A stretch of DNA of 63,990 nucleotides, filler included, from an uncultured bacterium (lineage in GTDB: Bacteria; CAZSTA01), in the NCBI GenBank assembly GCA_964609495.1. It is 12 parts of 12 records of this genome, joined end to end, with 100 filler letters (N's around TTAATTAATTAA, not from the genome) between each part and the next. Parts side by side here need not be neighbours in the genome. Positions count along the whole stretch, not along the records: positions 50,594 to 55,829 come from CAZSTA010000234.1; positions 55,930 to 61,002 come from CAZSTA010000235.1; positions 61,103 to 63,990 come from CAZSTA010000289.1; 9 more parts are not named here. One strand, 5' to 3'. Positions 51,221 to 62,426 of this stretch are shown piece after piece (position 1 is the first letter of the stretch; the number at the start of each line of letters is the position of its first letter). The notes under the pieces were generated by a model, which saw only the letters and a program-made list of their open reading frames with translations, did no database searches and had not been told where the DNA came from. Both the position numbers and the translations under genes were made by a program.

Positions 51221-52477
51221 ATGACTATCCAAGAGATGGTAATCGCTAAAGCCAAAGCCGCGAAAGAATCTGCTAATAAGCTAGCTACTGCCTCCTCAGA
51301 GGTTAAGAATGAAGCCCTAAACCTTATGGCCAAGGCATTAGAGGATAGGGCCGAGGAGATCATCAAGGAGAACGCTAAAGATCTCGAGTATGCTAAGGAG
51401 AAGAATCTATCGAGCGCGATGATCGATAGACTCACCCTGAATCCGAAACGCATCGCCAAGATGGCTGATGGATTACGCGAGGTGGCTATGCTACCTGATC
51501 CGGTGGGCAGGGTCACCGCTGGCTGGAGACGTCCCAATGGAATCCTCATCGAGAAAGTTACCGTGCCACTCGGAGTCATTGGCTTCATATATGAATCTCG
51601 TCCTAACGTGACCGCTGATGCAGCCGCTCTCTGTTTGAAGTCGGGCAATGCGGTGATACTGCGTGGAGGATCAGAAGCGATCAACTCCAATATAATCATC
51701 ACTCATATCCTTGATGAGGCGACAGGGGAGACTGGCATCCCTAGAGATGTTATCCAGACGATCGAGACGACCGATCGAGCAGCGGTAAATGTAATGCTCA
51801 AATTAAATGAATATCTGAGCTTAATCATCCCTCGCGGCGGAAAAGGGCTGATCAAAACAGTAGTGGAGAATGCCACGGTTCCAGTTATTAAACACTATGA
51901 GGGAGTATGTCATACCTATGTTGATAAGGATGCGGATTTGGAAATGGCTTATAATATCTGCTTTAATGCTAAGGTCCAGCGTCCGGGCGTTTGTAATGCG
52001 ATGGAGACGATGTTAGTCCACAAGGATATCGCGGGCGATTTCCTTCCCACGATGGCAAGCAAGCTCCGATCTGCGGGAGTGGAGATGAGAGGGTGTGCTG
52101 AAACTAAGAAGATCCTATCTGATATCAAGGAGGCCACCGAGGAAGATTGGTCAACCGAATATCTTGATCTGATCCTCTCGATCAGGATCGTGAATGATCT
52201 CGATGAGGCTATCGAGCACATAGTGCGCTATGGTTCTCAGCACTCTGACGGTATCGTCAGCACTAACTATAATGCGGTGCATAAGTTTATGGAGAAGGTC
52301 GATTCTGCGGCTGTCTTTGCCAACTGCTCCACTAGACTGCATGATGGTTTTGAATTTGGTTTAGGTGCTGAGATCGGTATCTCAACTGATAAACTTCACG
52401 CTAGAGGTCCGATGGCGCTTGAGGAATTGACGAGCTATAAGTATATCGTCTGGGGAGAAGGACAAATTAGGCGATGA
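51221..52477 (+). CDS. proA: Glutamate-5-semialdehyde dehydrogenase
   Basis: IYESRPNVT, LKSGNAVILRGGSEA, CNAMET and GAEIGISTDKLHARGP motifs; own RBS aaggagg before ATG 51221. Confidence 0.96.
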   Translation: MTIQEMVIAKAKAAKESANKLATASSEVKNEALNLMAKALEDRAEEIIKENAKDLEYAKEKNLSSAMIDRLTLNPKRIAKMADGLREVAMLPDPVGRVTAGWRRPNGILIEKVTVPLGVIGFIYESRPNVTADAAALCLKSGNAVILRGGSEAINSNIIITHILDEATGETGIPRDVIQTIETTDRAAVNVMLKLNEYLSLIIPRGGKGLIKTVVENATVPVIKHYEGVCHTYVDKDADLEMAYNICFNAKVQRPGVCNAMETMLVHKDIAGDFLPTMASKLRSAGVEMRGCAETKKILSDIKEATEEDWSTEYLDLILSIRIVNDLDEAIEHIVRYGSQHSDGIVSTNYNAVHKFMEKVDSAAVFANCSTRLHDGFEFGLGAEIGISTDKLHARGPMALEELTSYKYIVWGEGQIRR

Positions 52478-52599
52478 AATATGAAATTCGCTTCTATGAT
52501 GATTATAGTGGAGGTCACGACTCAGCAGGATAATCTGCATATTATGCCTCCAGTCTTCAAGACTATATACATCTCGCCTTATGATTAGTCCTATCATTC

Positions 52600-52638
52600 A
52601 GGTGAGATTCATTAAATTAGTGAATCTCACCTTTTTTG
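52600..52638 (+). terminator. Rho-independent terminator
   Basis: aggtgagattca/tgaatctcacct stem followed by a T-tract. Confidence 0.85.
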
Positions 52639-52654
52639 TTAGTGAGGTAAAGCT

Positions 52655-54571
52655 ATGGAGAGAATGAGAAAACACATAAATGAAGTAACTATAACTTTTG
52701 CGATAATCTTTATAATCTTATCATTCCTCTATATAACACAAGGACATAAAGTATTATGGGCTGATGGATACTATTACTACGTCTATTTAAGATCAGCGAT
52801 TATAGATTTCGATATAGACTTCAAGAACGAATATGAGATGGTTCCCGATCCCTTCTATGCCGTTAGATTAGCGAGAGGGGAAAAAGATAGCTACGTTAAT
52901 ACTTTTCCCATAGGAGCGGCGATCTTATGGTCCCCTTTCTTTCTCCTCGCTCACTCCCTCGCCCTTATCCTAAGCAAGTTGGGTTATAATATCAATCCAA
53001 ATGGTTTCTCTCCTTTGTATATAAAGATGACTTTATACGGGACCACATTATACGGTTTTCTATCCCTGATATTAGTATATAAATTATGTTCCAGATTCTT
53101 CTCCCGAAGGGTATCTCTCGCGGCTACCATAGCCACAAGTTTCGGGTCGTTTATCCTTTGGTACATAGCTTATGATCCTTCAATGCCTCATGCTATCGCC
53201 GGTTTTGCGGTATCTCTATTCATCTATTACTGGCTCAAGACGAACAATAATCGTAGTCTAAAGGAGTGGATCGTTCTCGGAGCTATAGCTGGATTGATGA
53301 TGTTAGTGCGATCTCAGGAAGGATTATTTATGATCGTAGTCGCTATCGAATTATCGGTATCTCTATATGAATCGATTAAAAGTAGAAATTGGTTGCGTTT
53401 ACGAAGATCGCTCTTTTTCGGTCTCATTTTCATCTTAACCGTTATAATAGTCTTCTCTCCCCAGCTATTCTCCTGGAAATATATGTTCGGTGGATTTTTC
53501 AGCACTCCCCAAGGTAGAGGATTTCTCAAGTGGGGTCGTCCCTTGATGGGCAACGTTCTTTTTTCTACGAGAAGCGGTCTATTCGTTTGGAGTCCTATTC
53601 TCTATCTCTCAACGATAGGTTTACTTCTATTATACAAGAAGAATCGCCTTTTCTTCCTATCCTTACTCGTAGCTTTTATTTTACAATTATATCTAAATAG
53701 TATAGTGAAGGATTGGTGGGCTGGGACATCCTTTGGAGCGAGGAGATTCGGGGATTGCCTCCCGATCTTTGGTTTAGGACTGGCTGGACTTCTGGAATGG
53801 TTCTACTCTTTTTTAGAGATACATCTGAATTATAAGCTTATACTTAAACTCATAACTCTATTATTAATCTTGGTATTTATAGTAATTAATATAGGTTTTA
53901 TAGGGGGCTATAGGATAGGTATCGTTAGTCCCGATGCCTGTTTTCAGGTGGATTCGGCACTAGTTTCTATGGTAAGAGTTGGTTTACCTAAGATCTACCA
54001 TATAACCGGCAATCCTTTCTCCTTTCCAGCCAACTGGCTCTTCAGCTTAAAATATAAGGTATCCCCTGCTGATTATGATATATTAGTTGGTCAATATTTC
54101 ATATTTGGTCCTAGTAATTATGGTTCCGTTCTCGATTTTGGGAAGAAAGAGCACGACAAGTTCCTAGTGGAGGGCTTCTCCCCTCCTCAGACTCAGGAAG
54201 ATAGAATCACCCTGGTATGGTCGAATGAGGAACGATCAAGAGCTTTGGTCCCTCTCAACAATTATGGTAAAGATTACCTCTTCACTTTCCGAGTAGCTCC
54301 TTTTCTATACCCTAATTCACCTCCTCAGACCTTGAAGATAACTTTGAATAGAAGATTTCTCGCCGAATTAAAATTATCTCCCGATTGGAACGAGTATAAG
54401 GTCCGAGCGCCTAAGGGGAGGATAAAATATGACATAAACGAATTGATCTTCGAGTATGGCTATGCTATATCACCGAGAGAATTAGGGATAGGGAACAGCA
54501 AGCATAAGATCGGAGTTGCGTTCGACTATCTGAGATTTGAACTTTTGGATCCTGAAGAAAGGGGTGAATAA
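52655..54571 (+). CDS. GT-C fold (ArnT/PMT-like) membrane glycosyltransferase
   Basis: ADGYYYYVYLRS, multiple TMs, WWAGTSFGARRF and a soluble C-terminal domain. Confidence 0.75.
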   Translation: MERMRKHINEVTITFAIIFIILSFLYITQGHKVLWADGYYYYVYLRSAIIDFDIDFKNEYEMVPDPFYAVRLARGEKDSYVNTFPIGAAILWSPFFLLAHSLALILSKLGYNINPNGFSPLYIKMTLYGTTLYGFLSLILVYKLCSRFFSRRVSLAATIATSFGSFILWYIAYDPSMPHAIAGFAVSLFIYYWLKTNNNRSLKEWIVLGAIAGLMMLVRSQEGLFMIVVAIELSVSLYESIKSRNWLRLRRSLFFGLIFILTVIIVFSPQLFSWKYMFGGFFSTPQGRGFLKWGRPLMGNVLFSTRSGLFVWSPILYLSTIGLLLLYKKNRLFFLSLLVAFILQLYLNSIVKDWWAGTSFGARRFGDCLPIFGLGLAGLLEWFYSFLEIHLNYKLILKLITLLLILVFIVINIGFIGGYRIGIVSPDACFQVDSALVSMVRVGLPKIYHITGNPFSFPANWLFSLKYKVSPADYDILVGQYFIFGPSNYGSVLDFGKKEHDKFLVEGFSPPQTQEDRITLVWSNEERSRALVPLNNYGKDYLFTFRVAPFLYPNSPPQTLKITLNRRFLAELKLSPDWNEYKVRAPKGRIKYDINELIFEYGYAISPRELGIGNSKHKIGVAFDYLRFELLDPEERGE

Positions 54572-54573
54572 GC

Positions 54574-55812
54574 TTGGAAAGTGAGATCCAAGAGGAAAAG
54601 CTACCTCCTTCCATCTTTCGTAATCGAAGTTTCGTCTCGGTCTGGATAGGGCAGTTGATCTCCGTGATCGGGGATGGCATTTATCAGATCGGGCTGATGT
54701 GGTGGGTTATGGACAAAACTGGGTCAGCTACGGCTATGGCGACGGTCGCTATCTTCGCCTCTGTACCGGGGGTCCTATTAGGACCCATAGCTGGGGTCTA
54801 TGTCGATCGTTGGGATCGCCGACGCTTAATGATCTGGACGGACCTGCTAAGGGCAGGAGTGATAGCTGTTCCAGCTCTTCTCTTGGAAATAGGAAGGCTA
54901 GAGGTCTGGCATATCTACATAGTGGCTACTCTTCTCTCCACCTTCAGCACCTTCTTCTTTCCCGCGATGGGAGCCTCGATACCAAATATTGTCAGGAAGG
55001 AGCAACTTACTCGCGCTAATTCGATCAACTATACCACCTTTAGTCTTTCTGGCATTCTAGGACCCGCCCTAGGAGGGATGGCAGTTGCCACCTTGGGAAC
55101 AAAAGGAACGATGTATTTAGATGCTCTAACCTTTGTGATGTCTGGTATTGCGATCTTCATCGCTTCTATTCCCAGTCCTTCCCTTCAAAGGGTAGCCGAG
55201 GAGAGTAAATCAGTTCTAGGGGATCTAAAGGCAGGATTAGCCTACCTATTCGCTCAGAAATTGTTGTTTGGTATGATGATTCTCTCCAGCATCGCCAACT
55301 TCTTCGCTGCTCCTATAGGAATATTGATCCCAATTATGGCTAAGCAAGTCCTAAATGTAGGACCGGAGGGTTTTGGATACCTAAGTGCTTCTTTACCTAT
55401 TGGGATGCTTATCGGTTCGCTTGCTTTGGGAGCGATGAAGGAAGTGCATAGTAGAGGGGTTAAGATAATATGGTCTATGATCTTGGCTGGTTTGTGTTTA
55501 TCCCTCTTCGGAGTGAGCAGGAATTTGTGGCTATCTATGGGAATATTCATAATAGGCGGAGCTTTTATAGCCGTGATAAATGTACTCATTCAAGTGATCT
55601 TTCAAACCTTCATCTCTGATGAGATGCGAGGACGGGTGTTTGGAGCGATAGGAACTTTGAGTCAGGGACTACGACCGATAGCCTTGGGCTTTGCGGGAGG
55701 GCTAACCGATGCTCTAGGAGCGCCTTTAATGTTAATTATAAGTGGTATTGCAGTAGCTATAAGTAGTTTGTTAGGGGGATATTTAGTCCCAGGACTAAGA
55801 AAGCTGGATTAG
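54574..55812 (+). CDS. MFS transporter (DHA3/MefA-like)
   Basis: About 12 TMs, GVYVDRWDRRRLMI and MRGRVFG motifs. Confidence 0.9.
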   Translation: MESEIQEEKLPPSIFRNRSFVSVWIGQLISVIGDGIYQIGLMWWVMDKTGSATAMATVAIFASVPGVLLGPIAGVYVDRWDRRRLMIWTDLLRAGVIAVPALLLEIGRLEVWHIYIVATLLSTFSTFFFPAMGASIPNIVRKEQLTRANSINYTTFSLSGILGPALGGMAVATLGTKGTMYLDALTFVMSGIAIFIASIPSPSLQRVAEESKSVLGDLKAGLAYLFAQKLLFGMMILSSIANFFAAPIGILIPIMAKQVLNVGPEGFGYLSASLPIGMLIGSLALGAMKEVHSRGVKIIWSMILAGLCLSLFGVSRNLWLSMGIFIIGGAFIAVINVLIQVIFQTFISDEMRGRVFGAIGTLSQGLRPIALGFAGGLTDALGAPLMLIISGIAVAISSLLGGYLVPGLRKLD

Positions 55813-55929
55813 AGACGGTTAATCTGAGCNNNNNNNNNNNNNNNNNNNNNNNNNNNNNNNNNNNNNNNNNNNNTTAATTAATTAANNNNNNNNNNNNNNN
55901 NNNNNNNNNNNNNNNNNNNNNNNNNNNNN

Positions 55930-58814
55930 AATACCCTGAACGTTGCTAATCCGAATCCTTCTATGGAGATCGAGAGCGAATTATCCTTCATCTCAAGGGG
56001 CTTGATATCATTCTCCGTGAGATCCGTCAGGAAGGCTTTTTCGCTCTTCACAAATGGTAGAATTATCTTAGCTTCGACGCTCTCCCCTTTGACCTCCAAC
56101 AATCTAACTATAGCTCCTCTTCCATCCTCCGCCTTCTTTATATCTAGGACTATTACGTTCGGTTTATCCACCTCGCATCCGCTATAGTTCGTCGCTGATA
56201 GAGCTCCCCTTTGCTCGCCTCTCAACGTTGCTGTTACGAAGGGATTATTGTAGCTCCAGCCGAAACGAGTAGCGGAGATGTTATCACAGCTTCCTTTGTG
56301 GCTGGTTATGGAGAAGCGAAAGGTCAGTTCTCCACTTTGACTGGCGGGGAAATTAGTGTACCAGTAGTTATTCATTATGAATGCGAAGAGAGTGCTATTA
56401 TCTATCTTCAACTCCCTCAACCACTTTCCAGTATTTATACCTCCTAACTGAATAAGAGGGGTGTCCATAGTTGCCCAAGTTACTCCATATTCGGGATTGG
56501 AGATATCCGCCCAGTATTGAATCGAATACCAATCTCGGCAAGTGCCAGGAAGTTGCTCCTTCTCTGGTATGGCTATAGCATCGGCAAACTCGCATCTTAT
56601 TTCGCTATCGGGGACATTGAAGGGGAAAGCATAATATATCCCTTCGGGATCGAAATTGGCTTCCTTAGTTAAGCGATTGACTATATCTACCCGCTTGATC
56701 CCTTCATAGAGTATAACTTCTTGCTCGATATCGGGACATTTATCACCTCTGGTCTTGGCGATCAAGCTGGTCATAACTGGACCCTTCCAGCCGATCTCGA
56801 TCTCAGCTTTGGTCGGACTCGATCTGTGGAACTTCGTCCCCTTCTCTCGATCATCTATCGACTTTCTTCCCCCTTCCGGAGTCTCGAATATATATTGATT
56901 AAGCTTATATCTGCTCTTCTTATCCACTAGCTCAACTCTCAGCCCCTTGTCATAGATACTCGTTATCCCGCCGGTCTCCTCATCTAATACAATCCTATAA
57001 AATTTATTCTCTATAGTATTATCCTTTGTCGTTACCCTGCTCTCGAAAGTTGGTCTGTCCTTTTGGGGAATAAATTTGAAAGTTTGATATCCCAGAGAGG
57101 GGATATCTCTTCCAATAAAAGCTATCTCGACAACCTCTTCAGGATAGAAGAGACCGCGTCTGATGGAGGAAAGCACTTGATAAGCTACCTCTTCGCCACT
57201 TCGAGGATCGATTAGGGAGAATCCTTTATCCTCCTCAACTATATCTCTGGGTATAAATACTCGCGTTAAATCCGATCTCCTCCAGGACAGGGGATTGAAT
57301 ACCGCGATCGCTGCCTTATCAGGCACACTAATTTGAGAGAATAAGTGCTTTTTCGCGTTATCGAGCAATTCATCCGTTATGAGGGAGGCATTATATATAA
57401 ATGAGGATTTGATAGCCCACTGTCCCTTAGTCTGATGTGCATAGGGATAGTCTATACTTCCATAATAACCCCAAGTATGCTCATCGAAGAAGATCAGGGA
57501 ATCATAGGCTTTGTCGATATCCTCTTTCGGATAACGGCGATCATCATCTCCAGTTGAGGCTATCGTTTCCATCTCCTCGGTGGCTATCAACTTCCCCTGA
57601 GTCGCTCTGCTGAGAGAGGTCTCATAGGCGGCTGAGACGTTTCCATCTGCCCACCAATCTGCCCAAGCGCCTCTATACTCAGGAATAACATCTCTATATT
57701 TACCCTCCATATACTCGAAGAACTCCCGATTAGTGCTCATCATAAGCTTGGGATAAGCCCATCGTTCGTTCCACTCTTTAGCGATCTCCGCGGTCTCAAG
57801 GATGGGAGGTTGATTATCGAGCCAGCCAGTTCTCAAACTGATCGCATCATAAGGATATCCATCCCTCTCCATCTTCTCCAAGTATTTCGGAAGGGATTCA
57901 TAAGCTATATCATAGCTTCTACTCACCCCTAATATCTTACCCTCTCCATAGCTCATCTGAGGATCGGCATACCAAGTTAGAACCTTATCTCCATTAGCCC
58001 CGACCCAATAAAATGGCTTATCTATCGTTGGGGATTTAGCCCTGATGTAATTGGGTGAGGCGGAGAAATACTTTATCCTGCTTTTAACTAGCATCTGAGG
58101 GAGAGCCCAGGTGAAGCCCGGGACATCGGTATTCATCGCACAGGTGATATCCAATCCATAATCCCTTCTCAGTTTATTTGCGAAGTAGAGCATCCTTATA
58201 TATTCCTCGTGACCATATAGCTCGGTCAATTGAAGATAAAGGGCGGTAGGTTCTATCCGACCCTTCCCGATCCAATACATAAGCTCATAGATCTTATCCG
58301 CAGGTCGATTCTCCAGGTAGTGCTTAATCTGCCATGATACCTCACATACCCATTTGAATTTAGCCCCTTCGGGAAAATCATCTGTTGCTCGACAATATTC
58401 CATCGCCTGATCGATAAAAGCGAGGTGTTTCTCATATACTCTCGTCTGGAGATCTGTATAGCCTATATCGGTATGGGTATGATGGATGCCGTATATAAGC
58501 CAATGTCTTTGGGGAGTTATAGTGATCATTCGCGTTCTTCTCTCATTGCCGATAGATAAGGTGAATATCGCTTGGGCTGGCTCTTTCACCTCATCAACCT
58601 CGATGAGATGAGTGCTTTCATAAGAAGCGACATCATCGAAGATAAACTTCGATTTCGCTCCCTTCATTTCACATTCGATCTCAGCTCTCATTCCAGCTTC
58701 AGCATTCTTTATAAGTGCTTTTAGAACCTGTTTTAATTTGCCATCTCTCCTCACTAGAAAGATAGTAGGAGTGATCTTAAAATCTATTATAGGCTCATCG
58801 ATCATTATGCTCAT
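55930..58814 (-). CDS. GH38 (alpha-mannosidase-like) glycoside hydrolase (3' end at gap)
   Basis: HHTHTDIGY, DVPG, WADWWADG, FDEHTWG, VFNPLSW and KKAEDGRG motifs. Confidence 0.85.
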
Positions 58815-58852
58815 CCTCCTTTGAAATTCTTCGCTAGGGAGTTCAGGAATGA

Positions 58853-58978
58853 TTCCCCCCTCACCCTAGCCCTCTCCCACAAGGGGAGAGGGGACGTAAT
58901 TAAGTCCCTCTCTTGATGAGAATAGTTTCCCCTCCCTTGATGGGAGGGGATAGAGGAGGGTGTAAAGGGAACTTTTTT
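58853..58978. repeat. BoxC-like repeat pair plus a MITE arm
   Basis: ccctcaccctagccctctcccacaaggggagagggg...ttcccctcccttgatgggagggga...gggtgTAaagggaacttttt. Confidence 0.75.
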
Positions 58979-59115
58979 GAAACTACTTAACCGAGAAGTG
59001 GTCATAATTAATCATAAATATCGTTATAGCGTGAAATGGATAAAGTTGTAATTATTTTAAGATGTAGTCTTAGAGTATGTTCTTGAGGATTTATGTCCAT
59101 CCCTCACTTAACCAA

Positions 59116-60369
59116 CTAGATATGCCTTATAGCATCTATCGGCTTCAGCTTAGAGGCTTTATAAGCTGGATAGAGGGTGGCGATGATAACCAATATGATT
59201 CCAAAGATCAGAGCGGTGAAGAGCATACTAGCCTTGAAGGAGGTATAGAAATATTGTCCAGTGAGAGGCATTCCCCAGCTTTCCATATCCATTCCCATAG
59301 AGATTCCTGTGGTAGTGAAATATTCCGTAATTAAGCCTCCTATAGCACATCCTACCAGCGAGCTAGTTAATCCCAAGATCAATCCCTCGAAGAGGAATAA
59401 GATTACTACTTGACTTCTCTTGATCCCCATAGCTAGCATCATACCGACCTCTCTAGTCCTCTCTAATACAGCCATCAACATCGTGTTTATTATGATCGAG
59501 GCTACAATAACGAAGACAAAGAACAATATGATCATAAATCCTTTAAGCTTAGCTCGAGCTATGGCAATGGCGTCTCCCTCCAGATCTCTCCAGGTATGAA
59601 ATTCCAAACCTGATATCGAACCGCCTATACTTTGCTGAAGCCCTTCTTTAACTTTATCATCGTTGTCTGGATCATCTATCGTCATCGCTATCTCTGATAC
59701 GCCTCTCCCCATATCGAGCAGTTGTTGAGCTTGGGTTATGGGGATGAATACCATCATCCTCTCATATTCGGGAAGATTGGCGCGAAATATCCCCACTACC
59801 TCGAAGTCCATCGCATTCACCGCGCCATAAGCGGTTTCAGTGGCTATGGTGAGGATATCGCCCAGCTCAGCATTCAGCAGGATAGTCATCTCCTTGCCTA
59901 TTAGTATGCTAGCCTCATCACCACTTGCTAGATATCTACCTCTCTCTTGAGTAACTTGAACTAAGGAGCTAACTCTGGGTTCCGAAACAGGCTCAATACC
60001 AATTCCTAAAGTTGGCATTGAATCTATACCATTGCTAACAGTTCCCACAAATTTTATCCTAGAGGTTACATCTTCAACGGATGGGTCTTTCTTCAGTAAC
60101 TCCTTGAGTTGAGAAGGATCATCTATCGAGAGCTCCAAGGCGATCTCCTCATCCTCCTTTTCCCTCTCAACATATCCCTCGGAATGAATTTGAATATGTC
60201 CCGTCTTAGTTCTGATCAGATTATCTATCATCTGATCTTCCATTCCTTTGAAGAAGCCTAAGGCCAGGACTACAGAAGCCACGCTGATCACTATAACTAC
60301 TGCATTAATTAAAGATCTTCGCCTATTTCTCAGCAGATTGCGAGCAGCCATCTTAAAGAGCATCCACAT
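59116..60369 (-). CDS. FtsX/LolE-like ABC permease
   Basis: RNLLRNRRRS, ERTREVGMMLAMG and YPAYKASKLKP motifs. Confidence 0.9.
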   Translation of the reverse strand: MWMLFKMAARNLLRNRRRSLINAVVIVISVASVVLALGFFKGMEDQMIDNLIRTKTGHIQIHSEGYVEREKEDEEIALELSIDDPSQLKELLKKDPSVEDVTSRIKFVGTVSNGIDSMPTLGIGIEPVSEPRVSSLVQVTQERGRYLASGDEASILIGKEMTILLNAELGDILTIATETAYGAVNAMDFEVVGIFRANLPEYERMMVFIPITQAQQLLDMGRGVSEIAMTIDDPDNDDKVKEGLQQSIGGSISGLEFHTWRDLEGDAIAIARAKLKGFMIILFFVFVIVASIIINTMLMAVLERTREVGMMLAMGIKRSQVVILFLFEGLILGLTSSLVGCAIGGLITEYFTTTGISMGMDMESWGMPLTGQYFYTSFKASMLFTALIFGIILVIIATLYPAYKASKLKPIDAIRHI

Positions 60370-60398
60370 CTATCTTCCACCTCCCGATCGATTTTAAA

Positions 60399-61002
60399 CT
60401 AACCCACATCTCTTAGAGCCTCTACTGGTCTTAACTTAGAGGCCATATAGGCTGGATAAAGAGTTGCCAAAATCGAGATGATCAAGCCGAAAAAGAAGAT
60501 GGTTATTAAGCTATTCCAGGAGAAAGCCGCAGTTATCATCTCCAGAGGAAAGGCATTCCACGTCTCTTCAGGAAGCATATCCTTGGCGCCTCCAAAGTAA
60601 GACCATAATACTTCTATGGGGACTTCATGAGCTTGGAGATAAAGGATCATACCAGTTCCTATCGAACATCCGATAGCAGATCCGATCAGCCCTAATATGG
60701 CCCCTTCCCAGATAAATAGGGTTATGATCTGTCTTCCTTTTACTCCCATTGCTGATAACATCCCGATCTCCTGGGTTCTCTCATATACAGCCATAATCAT
60801 CGTATTAACTATACCTGCCGCCGCCAAAAGGAGAATAAGCCCGCTTATTCCTCGAACAATGGGACGACCCATCGCCATATATTGTTTGATCACCGTTCCC
60901 AAATCTAGCCAGGTATGGACCTCTAAGGGAAGTACTTGCTTTTTGAAATCCTCCCTTAGATGATCTGCTACAACCTCTGTCTGTGTTTCATCCTTGAGAC
61001 GA
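60399..61002 (-). CDS. FtsX/LolE-like ABC permease (5' truncated)
   Basis: ERTQEIGMLSAMG and YPAYMASKLRPVEAL motifs. Confidence 0.88.
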
Positions 61003-61102
61003 NNNNNNNNNNNNNNNNNNNNNNNNNNNNNNNNNNNNNNNNNNNNTTAATTAATTAANNNNNNNNNNNNNNNNNNNNNNNNNNNNNNNNNNNNNNNNNN
61101 NN

Positions 61103-61127
61103 CTCTATTGCCGGCAAAAGTTTCCTT
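61103..61127. mobile_element. Right arm of the MITE at a contig start
   Basis: ctctattgccggcaaaagtttcctt, matching 4813-4833. Confidence 0.7.
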
Positions 61128-61314
61128 TTTTATACGGAGGAGGAAATTAAGCGGTTTTGTTTTTGGTATAGATATTGAAATTAGATACTGCTTGTGGTAA
61201 AATAGACCTGGGGACTCATAGCTAACTAGTTATGAGCTATTTGTATCTGTTACTAGCAAGGATAGCGATTGTCAATTGATTTTTGAGTAGAGCAAAGGAG
61301 GTTTTATATACCCA

Positions 61315-62316
61315 ATGAAATTAGGATTCGATACTTATAGCTACCGCCTCGCCAAATTAGATGTCTTCGGCTTCCTCGAGGCGGCGAAGGAGCTAGGTCT
61401 AGATGGAGTTATGTATTCTGGTATGGATGGTTTCAAGAGCCTTGAGGAGCCCTATGTCTTGAAGGTGCGCCACAAGGCGGAGGAGATGAACCTCTACGTT
61501 GAAGCTGGAATGAACAGCTATTATGATATATCGAAATGGGAGAAAACTCCCGCCCTTAAAGATGATCTCAACTACTGGGTGTGGAGGCTGGAGAAGATGC
61601 TCAAGGTGGCGCATACTCTTGGCTCCCCAGTATTGCGCACCTTCCTCGGTCATATCTATAATCGTCTCGCCTCAACTCCTATCTCCGAACAGATAGAGAA
61701 AGCTATCGCTATCCTGAAGAAAGCCGCTCCTATTGCGGAAGGACAGGGAGTAAAGATTGGGCTGGAGAATCATTGCGACCTCACCTCTAAGGAGATGCTC
61801 ACTATAATCGAAGAGGTCGATAGCGAATATGTGCGAGTATGCCTCGATACTGGCAATCCCCTAACAGTTATGGAGAACCCGGTATATGCGACTGAGATAC
61901 TTGCCCCTTATACCTGCTGCACTCATTTTAAGGACGCGGCTCTTCAGATGACGGAGGAGGGTTTGGAGATCGTGAGCACTCCTTTAGGAAAGGGAAACGT
62001 CGATCTGGTCAAGATAACCAAGATACTGAAGGATAAATGCGCTGATATTAACCTAAGTATGGAAGTGCATAGTGAGGTCACTTTCCCTGGGAAAGTCATA
62101 TTTGATGAGAGCTTCTGGAGAGCATTTCCCACCACAACCCCTTATGACCTGTCTCTGATGCTCTCTATGGTCTGGAAAGGAGCGAAGAAGCCAGCCCTTA
62201 TGGAGGACATTCTACTAATGGATGAGGCAGAAGAAGGAGAATTAAGGAAACAGGAGTTTGAACACCTCAAGATAAGCACTAAATATGCTAGAGAAGAGCT
62301 AGGGATTGGAAAGTAA
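61315..62316 (+). CDS. Sugar phosphate isomerase/epimerase (xylose-isomerase-like TIM barrel)
   Basis: LENH, LDTGN, HFKD, LGKGNVD and E motifs. Confidence 0.88.
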   Translation: MKLGFDTYSYRLAKLDVFGFLEAAKELGLDGVMYSGMDGFKSLEEPYVLKVRHKAEEMNLYVEAGMNSYYDISKWEKTPALKDDLNYWVWRLEKMLKVAHTLGSPVLRTFLGHIYNRLASTPISEQIEKAIAILKKAAPIAEGQGVKIGLENHCDLTSKEMLTIIEEVDSEYVRVCLDTGNPLTVMENPVYATEILAPYTCCTHFKDAALQMTEEGLEIVSTPLGKGNVDLVKITKILKDKCADINLSMEVHSEVTFPGKVIFDESFWRAFPTTTPYDLSLMLSMVWKGAKKPALMEDILLMDEAEEGELRKQEFEHLKISTKYAREELGIGK

Positions 62317-62426
62317 GAATTATCTATCTGATTTCCAACTTTCAACTCAGGGAGGTGAGAAGGGGACTCTTTAGATATTATTTCGATCAGTTCCAGATAA
62401 TTATCACTAAAAAGGGGGGAAAGTAA

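Noticed and set aside
5692-61102. Regularly spaced TTAATTAATTAA motif inside N runs
   Set aside because: This is an artificial six-frame-stop linker joining size-sorted contigs. Gene adjacency across linkers, and ORF ends containing X, are meaningless.
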